A stretch of 64,000 bases of DNA from Octopus sinensis (Eukaryota). Below are positions 27,585 to 39,072 of this stretch, in pieces (the first letter of the stretch is position 1; each line of letters opens with the position of its first letter). The position numbers were made by a program, and so were the translations under genes. The notes beneath the pieces are model-generated. The model saw nothing but the letters and a program-made list of their open reading frames with translations, had not been told where the DNA came from and made no database searches. Where the stretch lies: positions 20,150,001-20,214,000 of the forward strand of contig NC_043004.1 of the NCBI RefSeq assembly GCF_006345805.1, given 5' to 3'.

Positions 27585-28034
27585 GGGCGATGTTTCGCTT
27601 GTCGTAGCACACGTTTCCGTCGATTTCCGTAAAAAATGTAAACACTGAATCGGCCATACATACATACATACATACACACACACATACATAAACACACACA
27701 CACACACACATACATGCATACATACATATACACATACACCGAGTAAAAAAATTCAGTTATCTCTCTCTTTCACACATTACTCTCTCTGTCTCTTCACACA
27801 CACTAACAGAAGCACTTCACTTACACAACATACTGTCTGTCTCCCACACTCCATCAAACACACACACACACACACATGTACATCAATGCGTCCCATGCAC
27901 GGTAACTTCAAAAGAACTTCCCTCGTCATACAATCGCTTTCTCTTAGTCTCTTTCGCTCTCATTATGTAAAAAAATAAAAGTTTTTTACGGAAATCGACG
28001 GAAACCTGTGCTACGACAAGCGAAACATCGCCGA
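27585..28034. mobile_element. MITE with ~50-bp TIRs and microsatellite-rich interior
   Basis: ggcgatgtttcgcttgtcgtagcacacgtttccgtcgatttccgtaaaa vs ttttacggaaatcgacggaaacctgtgctacgacaagcgaaacatcgcc. Confidence 0.75.
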
Positions 28035-28689
28035 TATGGGTCTTATATTCGTCCTAAAAAACTTTCCTGTCACACACTCACGCACACGCACGCGCACACA
28101 CACACACACGCCCCCTCACACACACACACACGAACACACACACTCACACGTTAGCTTACAATTTTATTTATATATTTGCGAGTCTATGTGTGTAAAGAGG
28201 AAGTGGCAGACTGAAAGAGTCACTCACTACAAAAGGTGAATTAGTTTCATTTTATTTGTTGCACACTGTGTGTGTGCGTTTGCGTGTGGTGTAAACCACA
28301 TTAAGAAAAGCATTTGACATACACACCAGAATGTGAGTTTTCTCTAAATTTTGCTTAATTGGGGTTGAAATTTTAAAAACCGGACCTGGCAAAACCCGAT
28401 GCATTCTACTCTTAAAAATGCTAGGTAAATTGTAATTGAAGAAATCCTATATTGTAGATTTCTATAACTGACAAAGGGAGGCAGATAAAATCTGCCTTTT
28501 ATAATAAGAGATATATAGATGATCCAGGTCATGTGTAGCTTAATAACACCAACTGCATATATATCATTTGATGTACACAGTATAAAAATACGAGCTATTT
28601 ATTGTATTTTTGCTTTGCAGAGTGTCTTATAAAAACCACATTTCCGTGGTCCTATACACAGCGACCATGAACCTACTGCTGCATGTGGG

Positions 28690-29070
28690 AGAAAAGATAA
28701 TCGAAAACAATTCAAGCTGATGTTAACCCAAGCTATACCGTCTGCAGAACCTTCATAGATGACATAACGGCCATAACACAATGAAGTCAAGGTAAACGGT
28801 GAACACTGAACTCACCGTAAAAGATGACCATGCGGTCACGTTTGAAATTAAGTCCAGTAAAATCTCGGAGTGTGTGCATCCTCAAAGGAAAGCCGCCAAA
28901 CAACATATTTCGCATTCAGGAGACGGAGATTCCAGTAATTCAAGAAAAGGGAGTTTAGTACTTATGGAAGATTGCACTTTTAAGGAAATTACAATGCCAA
29001 AGACACCAAGATCCAACTAAACAAAGGGTTGAGGATAGTTGATAAAAACAAGCTACTTGGAAGAGTCAAA
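28690..29070 (+). pseudogene. Non-LTR RT remnant (R2-superfamily, HERO-like)
   Basis: RTFIDDITAIT (catalytic), SRLKLSPVKSRSVCILKGK, IPVIQEKGV; frameshifted. Confidence 0.5.
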
Positions 29071-29299
29071 GATCTTGGCATTTAACTGCCGTCTGCTGTT
29101 GCTATTCTTGCTTCTATAAGTTTGCCATGACTCAGGTGGAAGCATTAGAGACCTTGTGTAGTAAACTCATGTGAATATGGTTGGGTGTTCATTCAAATTT
29201 CAGTTCAGAGGAAGAAAATAGTTATGTTGGAATGTTCATTAAAAAGGGTGACAAGGTGTGACAAAATGCGAGTGCATGGTTACATTTTGAGATAGGTTT

Positions 29300-29650
29300 G
29301 CAGTGTTCAAAGTGAGTTGGTCGACATAACCGAAACATTTGCACGCCAGCATCACGGAGCTATGACGGTGATATGTAAAAGATATTTATTTATTGGAACA
29401 GCCTCGTGCAGCATGTGCTTGTTCTACTTGGTCAGATGATCATGATTTTTGGACGTCTTGGGACATTTGAGAGAAGCGGTGAGAAGAAAGAAGTTTGAGA
29501 TGAAAAGAAAACCTAAATGCTGCTTGATAACGCTCCTGCTCACTCGTCAATGTTTTGCAAATAACGAGACTGAGTTTACCTCCCTGGTACCCTTACTCTC
29601 TGGATTTAGACCCATAGACACTTTGTGTTCCGGAATTTGAAATCCTGCCG
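29300..29650 (+). pseudogene. mariner transposase remnant
   Basis: VLGHLREAVRRKK, LLDNAPAHSS and PYSLDLDP (~PYSPDLAP) across frameshifts. Confidence 0.7.
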
Positions 29651-29904
29651 ACTTCAGGCTATGGAAAAGAAAAAAAAATGAGCATGAGAACTGCACTCGA
29701 ATTTGTAAAATGCACAACAGGACGAGTTACAGTGGTGATTAATCAGTGCATTAACAGCGATTTGAAATTTAATCGAGTCTACTCTGATTAGATTTTGCAC
29801 TTTTGAAGTTTGTTATATTTTCATAGACATATCTTTGTGTATGTTTGTAGTTATACTTTTTTTATATGTACATATAAACGAACATATTTATGTGTGTGTG
29901 AAAG

Positions 29905-29946
<42 letters not shown>

Positions 29947-30213
29947 CGTGTTTTTATGCGTGTAAATGCTTTGTGCAAGCGATTCAATGACGTTTCGTTC
30001 ATTCTAAGATCTCGTTACCCACATTGATACGAACTTTGTCTTATTTTATGCACATTTGGCAAATATAATAAAGCACTTCCCTTTCTACCATTCAAAAATA
30101 ATCATCAATGCATGACAGATTATATAAACATTTCAAACACAAACACACGCGCGCGCACACATACACACGCGCGCGCACATACACACGCGCGCGCACACAC
30201 ACACAAGCATGCA

Positions 30214-30250
<37 letters not shown>

Positions 30251-30317
30251 GAGTTTGTATACTAATCTATATATAAATATTTGTATATATGTGTATGTAT
30301 TGTTATGTCCCTCGCTT

Positions 30318-30386
<69 letters not shown>

Positions 30387-31999
30387 TTACACACACACAT
30401 ATGCGTATTAGTTTGTCCGATATTTTACATCCATCTTTTTATATCTGACCTCTAAAAGCAGATTTTGTGGAGAGTAGATTTATCTGCACTAAGAATATTT
30501 TCCTTCCTCCGTTTTCTCCCCATCAAATATGCATATATAATTCGTATTTACTGCAGAAGTCTGTGTAACATCGATTTTATATAGGAACCAATTTTACAAT
30601 CGTCACAGTTGACCATGTATCAAACAGACAACGATTACACATCCCATTAGCAACTATAGAAACTTTACTAAAGATATTGTAAGTAAGTTATAGTTAGTTA
30701 ATAGTTGTAGTGGTGATAATAATCAAATTGTTTAAATATGATTTAAATTAGAGCTCTTATCATGACCCATCACTGCAAGCCACGAAGACACTCGAAATAA
30801 ATAGGTTACACTTTTCAGTAGTTAAATGAATTCATATAGGTGAAGTATTTCACTTCATAACTATAAATCATTTTGGGTTCGATTCTACTGCTTTGGATAA
30901 ATTGTTTCTGTTATAATATTGGCCTCATGAAAACATTTATATTACGTTACACGGGGAGGTTTGTATAGAAACTCGCCGTTCTTTTGAGGTGCTAGACTTA
31001 ATCCATCACCCGGTTTAATACTCAACATTTGCATCCCTTTACAAGAGTTTACACTGTTGCAATGATTTAGACCAGCTCTCTGATATGAGGGTAGCTTTCT
31101 TCCTTCCTCGCATGAGCCACTGGGGTCCTGGCAAGTGGTCCTGGTTCTCCGTTTTTTTTTTTTCTATTGACTAACCTTATGAAACGAAAAAAGAGGAAAA
31201 TTAAAACCGAGCGTGTATCTTCCGTCACCGTATCAACGCGTCCATGTGACACTACATCTGAGAGAATTTTGTGGCATAGAAAACTAATAAATTGATTTCT
31301 CTTTATCATATCTCCTTAGCTTTTAAACTTAGCTCTGCTAATTCAACAAATTTACCTATTAATTCACTTATTCAATCAAGAACTGTAATTTTCTTCATTA
31401 CGCATCATATCCATTTTCTTATCCTTATCTTTAAAACCCTTTTGCTATTCATTTGTAGTTCGTTAGTTTTGTATCGATTTTTCTTAAAAAAGGAACATTA
31501 GTTAATTCATGCTATGTCTTAATGGATTAGACTGGTATACCTCTAAGAGAGAATCTTCAAAGGCTAATGTGTTTTGGCTGTGTATCGGTGACGTTATGAC
31601 ACAGTTTTAACTAAGAAATTACTTTTCCCAAAACACCTTGTTATTATGAGTACTGTCGATTTCTAAGTCGGTGGTACACTTTCCCCACTCTTTCTGGAAT
31701 TGTTTGGCATTGTAATATCAAAATTTACACAATCGGCTCATCTAGATATTAGCAATTACACATTTTACCGCCAGGGTTTGATTTGTTCCGTATATAAAAC
31801 AGTGTTATACTTTTATAATTTCTCAAAATGTAACCATAGTCTTATATTGTCTACTTTTCCATCAGAAAGTAATACAATAACAACATACATAGAACTATGA
31901 CTCATGTGATGAATAAATATTTCATAACCCAGAAACAGACACTACATGCTAGCAGAGCAAGCACATACACACTTGTGTGAATGTGTTTGCATATGTGTG

Positions 32000-32950
32000 A
32001 CGGGGTGTATTGTGTGTGCGATATGTGCCAGACAACCGAGAAAATGCTAAAGGCCTCTACTGCGTGAAAAGCAATACATGCGTTCTGTAAGAGACTTCAA
32101 AGAAAGAAGCCATACAACAAAACTGCTTTCAGCTTAGTGATAACCTCGATGAGATTATAGGAATGCTTGTATCCCAAGATCAGATGCCCCTGCCTATGTC
32201 ACCCACCATGCCTTAAAAACAGCCCACAATGAATCATTGGCACCATGGACTGCCGGACCCCACTCCTGATGCAGTATGCCAAGGGGATGCAATTAGGAGA
32301 GGTGGCACGTGAATTTAGGAAGAAATCAAGTCACACAGTTTACCAGTGTTTAGCTGGATGTGAACTGCTAACTGCTATCCCCTTATTATCTGGGGCCTGT
32401 AACAGATGTACGCGTGCACCACTTAATGGATAGTGGTTTCCGCTACGATAAAACATGGTTCGATAGGATCCAGCTCATGATGACCCTCATGGACTCACTG
32501 GGGCTTACATTGATATTGTCCAGGACATGCGAGGAAGTCAAACTTATTCGTTCTAATGACCAGATGTTTCCAGTACATTCTTGATGCTGAACACGAAGTA
32601 CCTTGTCACATTTAAGAATCTGGTAATATATGAGTCGGTGGGTTTGGCGATAAAAGCCACGAGGAAGGCGCGGATTTTCATTTCCAGTTTCAGAATGGAA
32701 TCTGTTATGTTGATGCTGGCCATACGGCTGGAAGAGAAGCGAAACGATTAAAATTTGTGACATGCATCAGGCTTTCTTTTAGGTTGCCTTCCATATGTGG
32801 CCCACTGAATTTTGTTCCCAAATACCCGATCCACCCATTTTTGAAATTCGAAAGCTTTGCTGAACTTTAAACAGTCTCTTCATTAAATCTTTAAATGGAA
32901 TAAATGTTTGGAACAATATTATCCAAAATTTATAACACTCCATCATTTCA
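32000..32950 (+). pseudogene. Possible Gypsy-type LTR retrotransposon gag/protease remnant
   Basis: GC-richer island; LMDSG at a protease-like position and ML..TK.L...AIKA...I..AIRLEE resembling Gypsy protease-RT junctions; heavily decayed. Confidence 0.35.
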
Positions 32951-33021
32951 TAGAAACATGTAAAAAAGTTTTTCATGGATAACGCACACACACACACACA
33001 CACACACACATGCACACACGC

Positions 33022-33100
<79 letters not shown>

Positions 33101-33519
33101 AACACAAAACGAAACAATTTTTTTTAAATACTTAAATGCTGTTCGAAGGAAGTTTCAATGTGATGCATAAGTAACGAGAGAGAGAGAGTTGTTTTCGTTT
33201 GTTTTTCCATGCTGGTTTGAAGATAATAGATTGGGAAGGGAGCTGTAGGTGTAGGGGTGGTTCTGTGTCAAAATAGAAAATAGTAATTATACAGAGGAAG
33301 GTTTACTAGTTAAATAGATTATTCGGAGGTAACACTTTATGACATTCGTCGATATTATATATTTTTGAGAATGTACATACGTTGACATGAGAGAATCGAA
33401 TTTGAATACTGACGGTCCGAGATGAAGAGGAATTTGATATTTAACTTTCAAAGGGAAAAGTTCATCATGCAGCATTTGGAAAAATCCTCTCCACATATAC
33501 ATAGGAAAAAATAGTCTTT

Positions 33520-33910
33520 TCTTCTTTAGGCACAAGGCCGAAATTTTGGGACAAGGGGGCAGTCGATTAGATAGACCCCAGTACGCAGTTCGTACTTAAT
33601 TTATCCACCCCGTAAGGATGAAAGGCAATGTCGACCTTAGCGAAATTTGAAATCAGAACGTAACGACAGACGAAATACCGCTAAGCATTTTGCCCGGCGT
33701 GCTAACGTTTCTGCCAGCTCGCCACTTTAAATATTCTTTTCTACTCTAGCCACAAGGCTGGAAATTTGGTGGGAGGGGTCAGGTGATTAGATCGACCCCA
33801 GTACACAACTGGTACTTAATTTATTGACTCCGGAAGGATGAAAGGCAAAGTCAACCTCGGCAGAAATTGAACTCAGAACATAAGGACAGACGAAATACCA
33901 CTAAGCATAT
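33520..33910 (-). mobile_element. Two tandem SINE family A copies
   Basis: ggatgaaaggcaa(t/a)gtc(g/a)acct...gaacgtaacgacagacgaaataccgctaagcattttgcccggcgtgctaacg. Confidence 0.75.
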
Positions 33911-33962
33911 GTCTGAATATAAACACGTGCACGCACGCACGCACACATACGCACACATATGC

Positions 33963-33993
<31 letters not shown>

Positions 33994-34079
33994 GACACAT
34001 TTGATTATCAGATCATTTCGTTCGATACTTTTTTTCATTCAGTATACTTCTTTTTTTTTTTTTACCAACAATTTACACA

Positions 34080-34690
34080 AGTCAGTCAATTAGATATCCA
34101 CCTTCATTGTTCACGAATTCTTGCCAACGTTCCATTAGATTATCAATGCTTTGACGGCAGAAATCACTGGGTATTTAGTAGAGGAATTTATCATGCTACT
34201 TTTTGAGCACTACTTCGCTTTAGAACGAATGACCTCGGAGATTGTTGATGATCGACAGAAGAAGGTGATGTGTGAAAAAAATACGCTGAGTACTGTAGAA
34301 CTTTCCAATAGAACTCGTCTGAAGCAGTTTTGTCCAAATTTGCGACATGGTGGCAAACGTTGTCGTGTTGAAAAAGCTGGCCAAGCCACCGGCTGGTTCA
34401 TTTTAGCAGGATTATCTATTGCATATTCTGACGTTTCTTTGTGTATAAAACATCATCGCTTATTTCTAATCACGTCTTTTGATCATCGTTGACAAAAAAT
34501 GATTCCAGAATGATGTTGTTTCAACTTCAGTGGTATTTGGCTCATATGTCACTGCTATAATGGTACTTTCCACAAGCTAACTACGTATTTCTGTATAGAA
34601 CTGTACATTCCAATGTGTGCTTCCCGCATCAAACAAAATATAGTCGTTTGTTCCATAAAAACAAAATATACAATGAAGCTTATCATTTTC
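34080..34690 (-). pseudogene. mariner transposase C-terminal remnant
   Basis: Minus strand LFQHDNVCHHVANLDKTA (~LQHDNARPHVA), and GIDNLMERWQEFVNNEGGY after a frameshift. Confidence 0.75.
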
Positions 34691-34994
34691 TTTATACAGG
34701 GGCAAGCATAATTCATCGTCGTTTAACGTCCGTTCTCCATGCTAGCATGGGTTGGACGGTTCGACCGGGGTTCTGGGAAGCCAGAAGGCTGCACCAGGCT
34801 CCAGTCTAATTTGGCAATGTTTCTACAGCTGGATGCCCTTCCTAACGCCAACCACTCCGTGAGTGTAGTGGGTGCTTTTTACGTGCCACCTGCACAGGTG
34901 CCAGGCGGGGCTGGCAACGGCCACGGTCAGATTGGTGTATTTTATGTGCCACCGGCACGGAAGCCAGTCGAGGCGGTGCTGGCATCGGCCACGA

Positions 34995-35600
34995 TCGGAT
35001 AGTGCTTTTTACGTACCACCAGACCAGGATCCTGGCTGGTTCAATTCGATTTCGATTTCGCTTGCCCCAACATGTCTTCACAAGCAAAGGGGGTTGGCAA
35101 GGGTGCCTGTCGTACGGTCGCATTGGAGTATTTTACGTGTCACGGCCACGAGTCGGATAGTGCTTTACGTACCACCAGACCAGGGATACTGGCTGGTTCA
35201 ATTCGATTTCGATTTCACTTGCCCCAACATGTCTTCACAAGCAAAGGGGGTTGGCAAGGGTGCCTGTCGTACGGTCGCATTGGAGTATTTTACGTGCCAC
35301 GGCCACGAGTCGGATAGTGCTTTACGTACCACCAGACCAGGGATCCTGGCTGGTTCAATTCGATTTCGATTTCGCTTGCCCCAACATGTCTTCACAAGCA
35401 AAGGGGGTTGGCATGGGTGCCTGTCGTACGGTCGCATTGGAGTATTTTACGTGCCACGGCCCCGAGTCGGATAGTGCTTTTTACGTACCACCAGGCCAGG
35501 GATCCTGGCTGGTTCAATTCGGTTTCGATTTCGATTTCGATTTCGCTTGCCCCAACATGTCTTCGCAAGCATGGGGGGTTGGGATGGGTGTCTGTCGTCG
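34995..35600 (-). repeat. ~157-bp tandem repeat (~3.7 copies) in the RTE 3' UTR
   Basis: cttgccccaacatgtcttc at 35061, 35218, 35375 and 35546. Confidence 0.9.
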
Positions 35601-35681
35601 GATGAGGTTCTATATCGACTTCGCTTGCCTCAACCGGTCTTTGTGTCCAAGGGAGGAAAGGCATTCATAAGTGGGCTGGGC

Positions 35682-38600
35682 TCACTTGTCCTGCCTGGTC
35701 TTCTCACGTACAGAATATTTCCAAAGGTCTCGGTCTCTGGTCATTTCCTCAGTGAGGCCTAAAGTTCGAAGGTCGTGCTTCACCACCTCGTCCCAGGTTT
35801 TCCTGGGTCTACCTCTTCCACGGGTTCCCTCAACTGCTAGGGATTGGCACTTTCTCACACACCTATCTTCATCCATTCTCGCCACATGACCATACCAGCG
35901 CAATCGTCTCTCTTGCACACCACAACTGATGCTTCTTAGGTACAACATTTCTCTCAAGGTGCTAACGCTCTGTCGAGTATGTACACTGACATTACACATC
36001 CATCGGAGCATACTGGCTTCATTCCTCACGAGCTTACGCATGTCCTCAGCAGTCACAGCCCATGTTTCGCTGCCATGTAGCATGGCTGTTCGTACACACG
36101 CATCATACAGTCTGCCTTTTACTCTGAGCGAGAGGCCTTTAGTCACCAGCAGAGGTAAGAGCTCCCTAAACTTTGCCCAGGCTATTCTTATTCTAGCAGT
36201 TACACTTTCAGCGCACCCACCCCCACTACTGACTTGGTCACCTAGATAACGGAAGCTATCAACTACTTCTAGTTTTTCCCCCTGGAAAGTGACGGAAGTT
36301 GTTTTCTGCAGATTTTCGGAGGTTAATGCTCCCGAGCATCTGCCACATACAAAAACTCTTTCCCAGTTAGCCTACCTTTGACATTGCTGCACCTCTTATG
36401 TGTCCATAGCTTACACTGGGCACATCTTATAGAGTTTCTACCTACACCTTTTCTACAGATCGAGCAGGGCCATCTCCTGAAGATATTTGTGGATTGTCTA
36501 CCTTTCTACTTATTAGTACTTTGGTTTTAGCTAGGTTGACTCTAAGGCCCCTTGATTCTAAACCCTCCTTCCACACCTGGAACTTCTCCTCCAGTTCTGA
36601 TAGTGACTCAGCAATAAGAGCAAGGTCGTCAGCGTAGAGGAGCTCCCAGGGACAGCCTGTCTTGAATTCCTCCGTAATTGCCTGGAGTACTATGATAAAT
36701 AGGAGGGGGCTGAGTACTGAACCCTGTGGACCCCAACCTCTACTTTGAATTCTTCTGTGTACATGTTGCCAACCCTAACCTTACTTACGGCATCTCTGTA
36801 CATGGCTTGCACAGTCCTCACCAGCCATTCATCTATCCCTAGTTTCCTCATTGACCACCAGATAAGGGATCGGGGGACCCTATCAAAAGCTTTCTCCATG
36901 TCAACGAAAGCTAGGTACAGGGGCTTATCTTTGGCTAGGTATTTCTCCTGCAGCTGCCTTACCAGGAATATAGCATCAGTGGTACTTTTTCCTGGCACGA
37001 ACCCAAACTGCATCTCATCTAAACTAACTCTCTCTCTAATTAGTTGGGCTATGACCCTCTCCGTAACCTTCATTACTTGATCCAACAGCTTGATACCTCT
37101 GTAATTATTTGTATCTAGGGCATCACCTTTACCTTTGTAGCAGTTGACTAGTATGCTGCTGCACCAGTCATTGGGTATGACTCCTTCGTGTATCACCTGG
37201 TTGACTATACGGGTGACTAGGTTATAGCCGACACTGCCAGATATTTTGAGCATCTCTGCAGTAATTCCTGATGGGCCTGGGGCTTTCCTGTCTTCATGCT
37301 TCTAATTGCCTTAGCTACCACGGAACTATCAACTCGGATAGCTGGTCCCTCTGTAGGGTCAACATTCGGCAGACTCTCTTTATCCCATTCATTTTCCTCA
37401 TTCAGTAACCTTTCATAGTGGCGTCTCCAAGCTTCTCTCTTTGCATCCTCATTTAGCGCAAGTGAACCATCCTCCATGCGAACACATTTCTCTCCTACCA
37501 CATCACGATTCTCTCTCACATACTGTCTTGCAACACGAAATACCTCAAGTCTTTCATCCTCACGGCGCAGGACATTGGCAAATTTTCTCTTATCTGCTTC
37601 CCCTCTGGCTAGATAGACCTGTCTCCTAGCTTCCCTTCTGGCAGTCTGATACCCTTCCCTGCTACCACCGTTCTTCCAGGCCTTCCAAGCCTGTTCTTTT
37701 GTCTAATAGCCCTGTCAACAATATTGTTCCACCACCACGTTATTTTGGGTCTTAAGGGGACTTTGCACCAGCCACAGATCTGGTCAGCGGCTTTCAGCAG
37801 GTTGTCCCTCAGAAACGTCCAGTTGTCTTCTACCCCATGTGTAGCTATACCCCCTTCCACTTCGTCAAAGGCTTCAAGTAACATATCTCTAAATCTCTGT
37901 CCATTCGCAGGGGCTTTAAGCTTCCAGACCCTTCTTCTCCATGTTGGTCGTCTTCTAGTCGCCCTCTTAGTCCTGATCCTAAAGTCACTAACTACCAGTC
38001 TATGTTGTGGGGTGCATTCTTCGCGCCTGGGAAGGTTTTGGCATTTTTAAGCAGCCATCTTTCCCTTTTTCTGGCAAGGATGTAGTCGATTTGGCTAGTA
38101 TGCCGGCCCGATCGGTAGGTGACCAGGTGGCTTGTTGGTTTCCTGAAGTTAGTGTTGCAGACCATAAGACTATTCGCATCGCAGAACTCCAGCAGCCTGG
38201 TTCCCTCCTCGTTGCGGGAACCATAACCGTAGCCTCCATGTACGCCATGGAAGCCCCCAGCATGTCGTCCAACATGCCCATTGAAATCACCAGCCACAAA
38301 GAGAAGGTCCCTGTCGTTCGTCGATGAGGTGGTCTGCAGTAGGGTGTCATAGAAACTGTCTTTCTGTCCATCGGGTAGCCCTGGCTGAGGGGCATAGGCC
38401 GCTATAATGGTTGCTAATCTATTATGAAGCACTATTCTAATCTTAAGTATTGTCACTTACTCTGATTACCTCAATTACTCTATCTATCCATTTCTCAGCG
38501 ATAATTATACCCACGCCACCAACCCCGTCAGTGTTCCCTGCCCAGAAAATCTTGTACCTGTGTCCCTTGCCTGTGAGGACCCTAGCAGATCCTCCTCTCC

Positions 38601-38784
38601 ACCTTATTTCTTGCATACAACATACATCAACACGTCTCCGTTCAAGCATCTCGACTATCTCGCCAGACCTACCTTTCAATGTGCCAACGTTGAGGGTGTG
38701 GGAGGTGTGGGCCTCTGAGACCCTGGGATGAGGGGCCGCAGTGTTCTGTACCTGAAAAGAAAGCTTGCATTTGCCAGATATCAT
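35682..38784 (-). pseudogene. RTE ORF (AP endonuclease + reverse transcriptase), split by several frameshifts
   Basis: TLNVGTLKGR, VDVCCMQEIRW, GVGII, AYAPQ, VAGDFNGHVG, SQIDYIL, NYRGIKLL, QFGFVPGKSTTDAIF, AFVDMEKAFDRV, RRLRWYGHVARM, GRGRPRKTW. Confidence 0.92.
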
Positions 38785-38871
38785 ACTGAGACTCTAGACT
38801 ACAACCTGCATAAATTTCAAAGTTTTTGCGCTATATGATCACAATAAACCCTACATAGGGGTGCGGGGGGG

Positions 38872-38995
38872 TCAAGAAAGATAGAAAACAGAAACTTCCG
38901 GTTCTGGTAGAGGGGTGGGAGGGCGGGGTCACCTGAAAGATAGAAAACAGAAACTTCCGGTTCTGGTAGACGGGTGGGAGGGCGGAGTCACCTCC
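38872..38995 (-). promoter_or_regulatory. 59-bp tandem duplication with ETS-like CCGGAAGT and GC-box motifs upstream of the RTE ORF
   Basis: ACTTCCGG at 38894 and 38953; GGGCGGGG at 38921 and GGGCGGAG at 38980. Function is inferred. Confidence 0.4.
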
Positions 38996-39072
38996 AAGGA
39001 ACAACAGTTTTAAGTAATACGTAGGGAATTTTCTGCGACAGAAATACTGAACATCTAGAAACTTCGGGTTTC

